A DNA stretch of 64,000 nt from an uncultured bacterium. GTDB taxonomy: Bacteria > Actinomycetota > Acidimicrobiia > Spongiisociales > UBA5794. Where the stretch lies: NCBI GenBank assembly GCA_963801165.1, contig CAWDDT010000011.1:192001-256000 (forward strand), read 5' to 3'. The notes beneath the pieces were generated by a model. That model made no database searches and was not told the DNA's origin. It was given only the letters and a program-made list of their open reading frames with translations. Position numbers and translations under genes: made by a program. Shown piece by piece: positions 38,548-47,846 of the stretch (position 1 is its first letter; each line of letters starts with the position of its first letter).

Positions 38548-39654
38548 ATGGAAGTGACGGTGCCCGATTACAACGGCGGATCCCTCGTCAACCTGATCGC
38601 CGAGCTCGAGTACCGGCTGATCGGTTCGGCGCAGTCTCCCCGGCTTCATCCCCGGCTGGCCGCCGAGATCGCCGACGCCGCCACATATGTGCTGTGTCTG
38701 TTCGACGGGCTCGGCTACATGCAGCTCGACCATCCGGCAGCGGGGGCGCTGCGGGAGTCGTGCCGGGCCGCGATCGACAGCCCCTTCCCGGCAACGACGA
38801 CTGTCAGCCTGGCGGTCCTCGCCACCGGACTGCCGCCCTCTCAACACGGTCTGCTCGGGTACCAGGCGTGGATCCCCGAGCTCGACACCGTCGTCAATAC
38901 GATCCACTGGACGACGCTGTGGGGGGAGAAGCTCGAGTACCCGTTCGCCGACTTCCTCCCGGCACCGAACCTAGCCGAGAGGCTGTCCGCCGCCGGGATC
39001 GATGTCGTCACTGTCCAACCCGCCAAGTTCGACAACACCCCGCTGACCCAGGTGCTGTTTCGAGGATGCCGGTTCGAAGGGGTGGAGAGCATCGGGGAGT
39101 GGCTGGATGCGGTGACCCAACTCGCCGCGCAACCCAATCGGCTCGTCGTGGCCTACCTACCCAATGTCGACTACGCCGCCCACGTTGGTGGGCAGAAGTC
39201 GCCTCAGTACAACGAAGCAGTCACGACGGTCGCCGCCGCCTGGGAGGGGGTGCGCAACCGGCTACCCAAGGGTGTCGTCGCCGTCGGCACCGCCGATCAC
39301 GGCCACGTCGACTTCCCCAAGCGAAAGCAGATCAAGATCGACAGACCGGACCACCAGGACCGAATGTTCTACGGTGATGGCCGGGCCATGTTCGTCAGGG
39401 GCGACGGAGAGTCGCTCGCCCGAAAACTCCCGGCGACGTGGATACCCGTCGCCGACATGATCCACTGGTGGGGCCCGGAACCACGTCACCCTCAGGTCGC
39501 CCGGCGTCTCCCCGACGGGGTTCTGCTCGCCGACGACGACGCATTGTTGCTCCACCGCTACTCCGACGACCGTATGGTGGGTAACCACGGTGCGCTCACC
39601 GACCCGGAGCGTCTCATCCCGCTCATGGTCTCCGGTCCCGGTGCCGATAGCTGA
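38548..39654 (+). CDS. Alkaline phosphatase superfamily nucleotide pyrophosphatase/phosphodiesterase
   Basis: FDGLG, FPATT, DYAAH, TADHG, GNHG. TATCGT lies 7 nt before the ATG. Confidence 0.88.
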   Translation: MEVTVPDYNGGSLVNLIAELEYRLIGSAQSPRLHPRLAAEIADAATYVLCLFDGLGYMQLDHPAAGALRESCRAAIDSPFPATTTVSLAVLATGLPPSQHGLLGYQAWIPELDTVVNTIHWTTLWGEKLEYPFADFLPAPNLAERLSAAGIDVVTVQPAKFDNTPLTQVLFRGCRFEGVESIGEWLDAVTQLAAQPNRLVVAYLPNVDYAAHVGGQKSPQYNEAVTTVAAAWEGVRNRLPKGVVAVGTADHGHVDFPKRKQIKIDRPDHQDRMFYGDGRAMFVRGDGESLARKLPATWIPVADMIHWWGPEPRHPQVARRLPDGVLLADDDALLLHRYSDDRMVGNHGALTDPERLIPLMVSGPGADS

Positions 39655-39679
39655 AAATCCCAAAACCCTGGAAGGACTC

Positions 39680-40501
39680 ATGCGGCGGCTCGCTCTCATC
39701 ATCTCCCTGGTCATGCTGACGGCGGCGTGCTCGAGCAACAGCAGCGACGAGACCACAAGGTCCGCGGCTGCACCGACAACGACCGTCGCCACTACCACCA
39801 CCGTCGCGACAACGACGACCACGGCAACAACAACCACAGCCGCCCAGGACACGACAACCAGCGCCGCTCCGGCTGGGGACCTCGCGTTTGAAACCATCAC
39901 CGGCACGCCCCCCGACGCGTTCGACAGCTTCTCCGCCACCATGACGATGAAGATGCACGCACAGGACCTCGACATCGAAGCCACCTCGGAGGGCGTGTGG
40001 ACGGCCGACGGTTTCCAGTGCACGATCACCTCTGCTCTCGGTGGATTGAACATCAGCGAATCGGTCATCGGCACACCGCAGCAACTCTGGTACGACCAGG
40101 GCAACGGCTACGAGCCGTCGGATCTCCTCGACCCGGGGGCGCAGAGCGTCATGTCGAGCTGCCCGACCTCTCCCCTGTTCTGGGCGAGCTTCACCACCGA
40201 CAACCTGGGTGACGTCACCGGCGCCGAAACCACCTACAACGGCAGAGCCGCCTACAAGGCCGACCTCTCCGACCTCCTCGGCGCACTGGGCGGTCTCGGC
40301 CTGGCCGATCTCCAGGGAGCCGACATCAATGACATGACGGTCTGGATCGACGCCGAGACCAGGACGATCATCGCACTCACGGCCGAGCTTCAGATGACCG
40401 CCGAAGCGCTGACGGGCGCCGCAGGGGACGCCGTCACGATGACGATGGAAGTCGCTCTGGACCAGTTCAACGACCCATCCCTAACCATCAACGAGCCCTA
40501 A
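39680..40501 (+). CDS. Lipoprotein with Thr-rich linker (possibly LolA/LppX-like beta fold)
   Basis: MRRLALIISLVMLTAAC lipobox; VWID motif near the C-terminus. Confidence 0.75.
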   Translation: MRRLALIISLVMLTAACSSNSSDETTRSAAAPTTTVATTTTVATTTTTATTTTAAQDTTTSAAPAGDLAFETITGTPPDAFDSFSATMTMKMHAQDLDIEATSEGVWTADGFQCTITSALGGLNISESVIGTPQQLWYDQGNGYEPSDLLDPGAQSVMSSCPTSPLFWASFTTDNLGDVTGAETTYNGRAAYKADLSDLLGALGGLGLADLQGADINDMTVWIDAETRTIIALTAELQMTAEALTGAAGDAVTMTMEVALDQFNDPSLTINEP

Positions 40502-40507
40502 CCACAG

Positions 40508-41001
40508 CAAGCAGCAATCCCCCCTCGGGGGAATCGGACAGGCCTCCCGGGCCGTCCGAGGGGGAAGAACAAACAGCGGCCGCCGTTGATGTTTGCCCCC
40601 TCCCGGTCCAGCCCCTCCCTGCGGTCGGGTCTGGCCCCGCCCTCCCACAAGGGGAGGGCCACTACTCGCGCAACTGCCGATCTGTCGCTGAGAACAAGCA
40701 GCAATCCCCCCATTTCGGGGGGATCGCACGGCCCCCCGGGCCGTCCGACGGGGGAAGAACAAACGGCGCCCGCCGTTGATCGACGGCTCGTCTTGTGAGC
40801 CGGAACCAAGCAGCAATCCCCCCATTTCGGGGGGATCGCACGGCCCCCCGGGCCGTCCGACGGGGGAAGAACAAACGACGCCCGCCGTTGATCGACGGCT
40901 CGTCTTGTGAGCCGGAACCAAGCAGCAATCCCCCCATTTCGGGGGGATCGGACGGCCTCTGGGCCGTCCGAGGGGGGAAGGGCGAACAGCGCTCGCCGTT
41001 G
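40508..41001 (-). repeat. Family B repeat array upstream of the DUF559 gene, including a 112-bp tandem period
   Basis: aagcagcaatccccccatttcggggggatcg starts at 40696, 40808 and 40920; a Y module and a degenerate X lie at 40508-40667. Confidence 0.92.
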
Positions 41002-41047
41002 TCCCGCTCCCCTTGAACACCAATCTCGGTCGCCGCATGCTGGTGAC

Positions 41048-41398
41048 ATGGACAAGAGACTCATCGCGTTCGCTCGCGAGCATCGCAAGAATCCCACGTG
41101 GGCGGAAACTACCTTGTGGTCAGATCTGCGCGCCGGGCAGTTCGGCCACAAATTCAGACGCCAACAACCGATCGGCCCCTACATCGTCGACTTCGTCTGC
41201 TTCGAGAAGCGCCTCATCATCGAAGTCGACGGGCTATCACACGACATAGATGACTCTCAACGCGACCGTATCCGACAACGGTGGCTCGAGGACCATGGAT
41301 ACGTGGTGCTCCGCTTCAACGACGACGAGGTCCACGACGAACGCGACGAAGTCGGTGATGCGATAGCGGCAGTGCTCGATCAAGAATCACCGACATAG
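41048..41398 (+). CDS. DUF559 / Vsr-like endonuclease-domain protein
   Basis: ARE.RKNPT.AE..LW..LR...KFRRQQPIGPYIVDFVC....LIIEVDG..H.....RD..R...L...GY.VLRF. Confidence 0.92.
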   Translation: MDKRLIAFAREHRKNPTWAETTLWSDLRAGQFGHKFRRQQPIGPYIVDFVCFEKRLIIEVDGLSHDIDDSQRDRIRQRWLEDHGYVVLRFNDDEVHDERDEVGDAIAAVLDQESPT

Positions 41399-41450
41399 CG
41401 CCGGTCGGACAGAACAATCCGCCCCAACACCCGATCCATGTGGGCTGCGT

Positions 41451-41685
41451 CAACGGCGAGCGCCGCCCGTCCTTCCCCCCCGAACGGCCCGGAGGGCCGT
41501 CCGATCCCCCCGAAATGGGGGGATCACTTCTTGCAGCCCTCCACTGGAGGGAGGGCGGGGACAGACCCGACCGCAGGGAGGGACTGGACCGGAAGGGGGA
41601 CAAAACCAACGGCGGCCGCCGCCCGTTCTCCCCCCTCGGACGGCCCAGGGGCCGCCCGATCCCCCCACCTCGGGGGGATCACTAC
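41451..41685 (+). repeat. Family B repeat array X-Y-X downstream of the DUF559 gene, inverted relative to the upstream array
   Basis: Begins caacggcgagcgccgcccgtccttcccccc, close to the reverse complement of the 40972-41001 end. Confidence 0.92.
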
Positions 41686-41814
41686 TCCCCGGCACCCGAT
41701 CCATCGCTACGCGAATAACCCTCCCCCGGAGGGAGGGTGGGACGTGACGGCGGGCGGGCATTTCGAGCTTCGTAGCCGGGGGGCCGGGGTTCGTGGCATC
41801 ATGAGGTGGCTCCC

Positions 41815-43038
41815 ATGGAACAAACGACCCCACCTCAATCGCTGCGTGTCATTGCGTCGTCCGAGATCTACCTGAAATCCCGGCGCACCCGGCGTCACTT
41901 CATGCCGATCTTGCGCGCCAACCTGGAGGCAGCCCTGGGCGCCGCGGTTCCGGACGCGAAGGTGCGTCAGCGGGGCAACCAGGAGTTCGAGGTCAGAACC
42001 GGGGACCTGACCACCGCGGCTGAAGCCGCGGCGACAGTGTTCGGGGTCGACCGCATCGATCGCGTCCTGCCGATCGATGCAACCAGCCTCGACCAGATCA
42101 CGCGGGACGTGGTCCGGCTGGCGGCTCCTTCAGTGGACAACCGCAAGTTCGCGGTACGAGTGCGCCGCAGCGGCGACCACGACTGGCGCTCGCACGACGC
42201 CGAGGTGGCCATCGGCAGCGCCCTCATCGACAGATCCGCAGGGGTCGACCTCAGCAACCCCGACTTCACCGTGCGGGTACGTGTCGAAGGCACTGCCGGC
42301 GTCGTCGTTGCCGAGTCGTGGCGCGGTCCCGGCGGGCTGCCCGTGGGAACGCAATCGCCGTGCCTCGTCATGCTCTCCGGTGGCATCGACTCGCCGGTGG
42401 CGGCATGGATGATGATGAGGCGCGGCTGCCCGATCGACATGCTCCACTTCCAGCTCGAGTGCAACCAAGCCGACCATGCCCTCGCCGTCGGCCACCAGCT
42501 CGCCACCCGCTGGGGTCACGGCGCCGGCATCAACCTGCACGTCGTCGACTTCGAGCCCGTGAAGAAAGAACTCGGAGTATCGGCTCAGGCCAAGTACCGG
42601 CAGGTGCTGCTCAAGCAGCTGATGACAGAGGCCGCGCACCGGGTCGCCCGGGAGTTGCAGATCCCCCTGCTCGTTACCGGTGACTCGTTGGGCCAGGTCT
42701 CGTCCCAGACCGCCGCCAACCTCATCGAGATCGACAAATACGCACAGGCTCCCGTGCTCCGACCGCTGCTTGCCATGACCAAGCAAGAGATCGTCGATCG
42801 GGCGCGGGTGATCGGCACCTACGAGCTGTCGACCCGAGCCCGCGAGGTATGCGACCTCTCGGAAGGCAAACCCGTGGCAACCGCCGCCGCCACCTACCGG
42901 CTCCGCAAAGGGATGAGCCTTCTGCGCACGGGGCTGATCGACGATGCCATTGCCACATGGGAGTCGGTGCCGGCAGCCGACTGGTTCCCCAGTGTGCCGC
43001 TGACACCCCAAAGCAGCGCTTCCCGACAAAATCCTTGA
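41815..43038 (+). CDS. thiI: tRNA 4-thiouridine synthase ThiI (THUMP + PP-loop, no rhodanese domain)
   Basis: EIYLKS, FAVRVRRSG, GPGGLPVG, LSGGIDSPVA, TGDSLGQVSSQT, RPL. Confidence 0.9.
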   Translation: MEQTTPPQSLRVIASSEIYLKSRRTRRHFMPILRANLEAALGAAVPDAKVRQRGNQEFEVRTGDLTTAAEAAATVFGVDRIDRVLPIDATSLDQITRDVVRLAAPSVDNRKFAVRVRRSGDHDWRSHDAEVAIGSALIDRSAGVDLSNPDFTVRVRVEGTAGVVVAESWRGPGGLPVGTQSPCLVMLSGGIDSPVAAWMMMRRGCPIDMLHFQLECNQADHALAVGHQLATRWGHGAGINLHVVDFEPVKKELGVSAQAKYRQVLLKQLMTEAAHRVARELQIPLLVTGDSLGQVSSQTAANLIEIDKYAQAPVLRPLLAMTKQEIVDRARVIGTYELSTRAREVCDLSEGKPVATAAATYRLRKGMSLLRTGLIDDAIATWESVPAADWFPSVPLTPQSSASRQNP

Positions 43039-43093
43039 TCACAGGCGATCGAGCGCCGATCATCCCCCAAAGGGTTACCTACAGGACGGAACG

Positions 43094-44434
43094 ATGTCTT
43101 TCGGAAGCGCGCGTGCGAGAATTCTCGTTGTTGTCTGGCTGCTGCTTGTCGGAGCGGCAGTCGCGGTCGGCGTCACCAACGAGCAGAATGATCTGGGAAA
43201 CAAGGCGGAAGCGGCGCTCAACGGTGCCGGCGTTGCCGCAGAGGTCGACATTTCAGGCCGCGACGTCACCCTGGTCGGCACGGCGGAAAACGAGCAGCGA
43301 GCGACCGAGATCGTCGCTGCAATCGATGGTGTCCGGACCGTGAGCTGGCGGGCCGAGACGCCCGAGGCGGCGGCCGAGACGACCACAACCACCACACTGC
43401 CTGCCACAACCACGACCCCGTCGACTACATCCGAATCGACATCGACCCTTCCGCCGATCACCGAAGACGACCAGCCTCAGGTCGCCCATCTCGACGCCCG
43501 GCTCCAGAACGGACAGCTCACCCTGCGAGGAAGGATCCCCGATGCTGAGGCGGCTGCCAAGCTCGCTGCCGTCGCCGACCTCATCTACTCGCCGCTTCTC
43601 GACAACCAGGTTGTCGTCGATCCGGACATCGAGACCGCCTCATGGGTCGCAAACGTGTCAAACGTCGTCGCCGTTCTGCCCATCGTTGGGACGTCGGGGA
43701 TCACAGTGAACGGCGAGCAGGCCACCGTCTTCGGGTATGCTCCGCATCAGGAGCGTCTCGCCCAACTCGAGGGAGCGCTCGCCCAGGCACTCGGACCCGA
43801 CGTCACACTCGAAAGTGAAGTCGTCGTCACCGGCCTCGCCCCGCCCAGCATCAACGCCGCCGTCAACAACGACGGCATCCTCAGGTTGAGCGGCACGGTC
43901 CCCAACCAGGGTGTCGCCGCCTTCGCTCACCGTCTCGCGGCCGAGAGCTTCGGTGAGGACAACGTCGTCGACGAGATCGAGGTCGATCCGTCCGTCGACA
44001 CGACGTTCTCCCTGTTCCGGCTTCCCCTCGTCTTCCCGGCGTTCGCCCCGTTCCCCGAATGGCACGTCGAGATCTATGACAACGTCATCGGTGGTCAGCT
44101 CCTCAACGGCGCGAGCTTCCCGTCGGCCAGCGCCGAGCTGACACCGCAACTCGAACAGCTCATGCCGGTTGGTGTCGGAATTCTCACCAGGAACCCGAGC
44201 CTCGTGCTGACGGTCGAGGGACACACCGACAACGTCGGGTCCCCCGAGTCGAACCAGGCGCTGAGCGAGGCACGCGCCGAAGCCGCCAGGCAATGGTTCA
44301 TCGCCGCCGGCATCGCCCCCGAGCGGGTCTTCGCCGTCGGCTACGGAGAGACACGACCGATCGCCGACAATGAAACGCCCGAGGGACGCGCCATGAATCG
44401 GCGCATCGAGTTCAGACTGGGTCCGCCCGAATAG
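43094..44434 (+). CDS. BON-domain + OmpA-like peptidoglycan-binding protein (ArfA-like)
   Basis: N-terminal TM; ISGRDVTLVG BON; VEGHTDNVG...NQALSEARA...GYGETRP...NRRIEF. Confidence 0.85.
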   Translation: MSFGSARARILVVVWLLLVGAAVAVGVTNEQNDLGNKAEAALNGAGVAAEVDISGRDVTLVGTAENEQRATEIVAAIDGVRTVSWRAETPEAAAETTTTTTLPATTTTPSTTSESTSTLPPITEDDQPQVAHLDARLQNGQLTLRGRIPDAEAAAKLAAVADLIYSPLLDNQVVVDPDIETASWVANVSNVVAVLPIVGTSGITVNGEQATVFGYAPHQERLAQLEGALAQALGPDVTLESEVVVTGLAPPSINAAVNNDGILRLSGTVPNQGVAAFAHRLAAESFGEDNVVDEIEVDPSVDTTFSLFRLPLVFPAFAPFPEWHVEIYDNVIGGQLLNGASFPSASAELTPQLEQLMPVGVGILTRNPSLVLTVEGHTDNVGSPESNQALSEARAEAARQWFIAAGIAPERVFAVGYGETRPIADNETPEGRAMNRRIEFRLGPPE

Positions 44435-44451
44435 CGAACCGGAGGAAAAGG

Positions 44452-44922
44452 ATGCTTTACGCGGTTGCAGAGATAGCCATCTTCATGGTGGTCGCCACCA
44501 TCGTCGGGTTCCTGCTCGGCCGGGTCACCAAACGTTCCGCATCGGGGGTGTCGGGCGACAACGACAGTGAGCTCACCAACGCCCAGACGGCGCTGCGCGA
44601 GATCGAAGCGGAGCGAGCCGACTTGAAGGAGCAACTCCGGGACGCCAAGGAGCGGACCCGGTTGCTCGCCTCCGAGGCAACAGCCGCGGAGAAGACCGAG
44701 GATTTCGCCGCAGCCAGGCGGAAGTGGCAAGAGAAGCTCGCGGCCGCCGAAGCTCAGGCGGACCGACTTCGGGCGACCATCGCTGAACGGGACAACAGGA
44801 TCGCCGCCCTCGCTTCCGGACAAGTCCCGGAGCACGATCCCGCGCTCGGCGACGTCGGCTACAGCCACAGCGCCGGTTCATTCGCCGAGACCAAGATCTT
44901 CTTCAGCGAAGACGACGAGTAG
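44452..44922 (+). CDS. Membrane-anchored coiled-coil protein
   Basis: RBS ggagg; N-terminal TM followed by a heptad-rich region. Confidence 0.75.
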   Translation: MLYAVAEIAIFMVVATIVGFLLGRVTKRSASGVSGDNDSELTNAQTALREIEAERADLKEQLRDAKERTRLLASEATAAEKTEDFAAARRKWQEKLAAAEAQADRLRATIAERDNRIAALASGQVPEHDPALGDVGYSHSAGSFAETKIFFSEDDE

Positions 44923-44990
44923 CGGCACCTTTCAGTTCCGGCGGATCTGCTGGCTGCCTGTAGGCACGGTGTACGCCGGAAGCGATGGGG

Positions 44991-46268
44991 TCAGGGACCA
45001 TCCTCGAGTGATTCCTCGTCGGCGGGTGACGCCTCGGTGCTGTCCGACCCCCGTGTGCCCGGGGCGAGCGGCGCATCCCAACCCAAGGGTGCCGGTATCG
45101 ACGTTGCGGTCTCCTTGAGCCTGGATCGAGGCAGGAGATCGGCCGCAACCGGCGTCTCCTTCCGTTGCTCCCAGATCGCGATCGCCCAGCCGCCGACCCC
45201 AACCGCAAGCGCCCCCAAATAGAGCGCAAAACCGAGAAACGGGATGAGCCAGATGCCGAGCCGCCACATGACCGCTCCCACGAAGAAAGCGGCGAACAGC
45301 CCCCACCGGTCGCGTAGCAGCTTCGACCCGATCGCGGTCACTGCCGGGATAGGGCCGAAGACCAGCAGCAGGACGTAGAGCAGAAGGACCGCGATCGCAA
45401 CGGGGACCCCGACAAGCGTCATCAGCAACACCACTATGAGCACCGGGATCAGGATGAGGGCACCCACCCCCACCAGGGAGGCACGCAGCGGGTGCTCGAC
45501 AACCGACCGCACCGCACGGGGTGACGTGCGCCGGAAGAGCCAGATGAGCACGATGCCTGCAAACAGGAACCCAAGGAAGCCGATGATCGTGGCGAGGGTC
45601 AACACCAACTCGACGGCCCATCCCCCGCGGGTCGGAAGCCGCTGGAACTGTCCTCCGATCCGGACCGTAGAGGCAACGCCGGCGTCGACGCTGGAGCGAT
45701 AGAGCACATCCCCGGTGACATTGGTGTCCCCGCCGAGGGTCAGCGTGGTGACCGCGATGTCCAGGTCATGCCCGATCTTGCCGTTGATGGAGGCCGTCAC
45801 CATCCGGCCGTTGACGTCACGACCCACCTCTCCGTCGATCTCGAGCGTGCCGCCGAAAACCAGGGCGTCCCGTGCCACTGTGCCCGAAATCCGGGTGGAC
45901 AGTGCAACCACGCTGAGATCGGCGCCGACGCTGCCTTCGAGGACAATGCTGCGGGCAATGCCGCGGAGCGAACCTCCGATGTCGCCGGTGACCTCGACGG
46001 AACCCTGGCTGAGCACGAGGACGTCACCGGTGACGGTTCCCGAGATCTCAACACTCCCCGCGCTCACGACGAGATCACCGTCGACGGTACCGTCAACCCG
46101 CGCCGTCGTGGCGGCCAGGTAGAGGTCCTCGGGTTGCACGTCGTCCGGCGCCTGGAGATAGATGTTCGTGGTGATGATCTCGCCGACGACCGCCCGCAAC
46201 GGCAGTGCCAAGGCCAGCAGGGTCACACCGAGAATTGCCGAGAAGAACAGGGGGCGGACACGCATCAT
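44991..46268 (-). CDS. Bactofilin-like (polymer-forming) repeat membrane protein
   Basis: Repeated xxGxVxGDxxx beta-helix units followed by TM helices. Confidence 0.8.
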   Translation of the reverse strand: MMRVRPLFFSAILGVTLLALALPLRAVVGEIITTNIYLQAPDDVQPEDLYLAATTARVDGTVDGDLVVSAGSVEISGTVTGDVLVLSQGSVEVTGDIGGSLRGIARSIVLEGSVGADLSVVALSTRISGTVARDALVFGGTLEIDGEVGRDVNGRMVTASINGKIGHDLDIAVTTLTLGGDTNVTGDVLYRSSVDAGVASTVRIGGQFQRLPTRGGWAVELVLTLATIIGFLGFLFAGIVLIWLFRRTSPRAVRSVVEHPLRASLVGVGALILIPVLIVVLLMTLVGVPVAIAVLLLYVLLLVFGPIPAVTAIGSKLLRDRWGLFAAFFVGAVMWRLGIWLIPFLGFALYLGALAVGVGGWAIAIWEQRKETPVAADLLPRSRLKETATSIPAPLGWDAPLAPGTRGSDSTEASPADEESLEDGP

Positions 46269-46337
46269 GAAGACGCCAATCTACCGGGTATCCCAACGAA
46301 CACCTCCGCACCAGCGACCAGACCGGCCACCGGGCGT

Positions 46338-47846
46338 CTAGAGGACGTAGTGCAGGGCGTTGAGAAGCGGCCAGGGCAGGACACCGAGGAGGATCGTGAG
46401 GCCTGCGGTGAGCAGGATGACAAACCCGGAGCTGCGAGTCATCCGTGGTACCGCCGTCGCGGTCCCGGGTGCCTCGGCCAGCACCGGGTCCTGGAAGTAC
46501 ATCAGCACGACTACCCGCAGGTAGAAGAACAAACCGGCGATCGAAGCAACCAGAGCCACGATCACCAGCCACAGGTAGCCCGCCGAGATCGCCTGAGTGA
46601 ATACGGCGAACTTCCCGACGAACCCGGAGAAGAACGGGATGCCACCCATGCCGAGCATGAACACCGCCAACGAGCCGGCGACCCACGGTGATCGAGCGAA
46701 GAGCCCCTGGTACGAATCGAAGTCGGACCGTCCCGAACGCACCCCGCTGACCACGCCGACGACGGTGAACGCACCCACCAGCGCAATGACGTAGGTGATC
46801 AGGTAGAACATGATCGAGGGAATGGCAACCGCTCCGTTGACGAATGCGGTGAGCATGAAACCGGCGTGCGCGACACTGGAGTACGCCAGCATCCGCTTCA
46901 GGTCCCTCTGCCCGATGGCACCCATCGTGCCCACCACGATCGAGAGCACGGCGATCAGCGCCAGGATGGGCGCCCAGTCGTTGATCCGGCTCGCAAACGC
47001 CCCCATCAGGATCCGGATGAGCGCCCCGATGGCGGCGACCTTCACCCCGGCGGCCATCAGCGACACCGAGCCGGAGGCAGCGCCCTGATAGACATCGGGT
47101 GCCCACTGATGGAACGGCGCGGCCGAGACCTTGAACGCCAGCCCGACGATGATGAGCGCGATACCGACAAGGAGAATGCTCACGTCGAGCATCACCACCG
47201 GTTGGGTGGAGAAGAACGACCTGATCCCTCCGGTGCCGTAGATCGTCACCGATCCGGTGGCGGCATACACCAGCGCAACGCCGTAAATGAACATCGCCGA
47301 GGCGAACGACCCGAGCAGGAAGTACTTGAGCGCCGCCTCGTCCGAGTTGCGCTCGACCCGAACGAAACCTGCGATCACATACAGTGCGATCGACGCCGTC
47401 TCGAGACCCATGAACAACAGGACGAGGTTCGACGACATGACCATCATGTGCAGACCGGCCGCCGCCAGCAGAACCAACGCCACGTACTCGGCACCCCGCT
47501 TGCCCAGAGTCGTGACCAGCTCCCAATTGCCGACGACGGCGAGGAACGCAATCAGGTAGACGGTCATACCGGCCAAAGCCGAGAAACGATCCATGACGAC
47601 CATCGGGTTGCTGATCGTCGAGGTGACGCCACGGGCCGAGAACGCCAATTCCCGGGCCGAGCCCAGCGAGTCGAGCCGTAGCCACTGCAACAGCGAGAGC
47701 ATCGACGCCACGACAAGAGCTACTACCCCGACCACACCCCATTCGCGGCGTTCCTGTCCCAGGGCTACCGCGCTCATCAGCACGAGCACGGCTCCAACGA
47801 GAACGGCTATCTCGGGTGCGATGGGCAGAAAAGCAATGTTCTCCAC
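46338..47846 (-). CDS. nuoN: NADH-quinone oxidoreductase subunit N (complete cluster)
   Basis: EAALKYFLLG, FKVSAAPFHQWAPDVYQGA, KRMLAYSSVAHAG. Confidence 0.95.
   Translation of the reverse strand: MENIAFLPIAPEIAVLVGAVLVLMSAVALGQERREWGVVGVVALVVASMLSLLQWLRLDSLGSARELAFSARGVTSTISNPMVVMDRFSALAGMTVYLIAFLAVVGNWELVTTLGKRGAEYVALVLLAAAGLHMMVMSSNLVLLFMGLETASIALYVIAGFVRVERNSDEAALKYFLLGSFASAMFIYGVALVYAATGSVTIYGTGGIRSFFSTQPVVMLDVSILLVGIALIIVGLAFKVSAAPFHQWAPDVYQGAASGSVSLMAAGVKVAAIGALIRILMGAFASRINDWAPILALIAVLSIVVGTMGAIGQRDLKRMLAYSSVAHAGFMLTAFVNGAVAIPSIMFYLITYVIALVGAFTVVGVVSGVRSGRSDFDSYQGLFARSPWVAGSLAVFMLGMGGIPFFSGFVGKFAVFTQAISAGYLWLVIVALVASIAGLFFYLRVVVLMYFQDPVLAEAPGTATAVPRMTRSSGFVILLTAGLTILLGVLPWPLLNALHYVL

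Noticed and set aside
40696-41001. CRISPR-like array next to a nuclease
   Set aside because: Linkers are identical rather than unique spacers, the period is 112 bp, no cas genes are present, and the units are dispersed intergenic palindromes.
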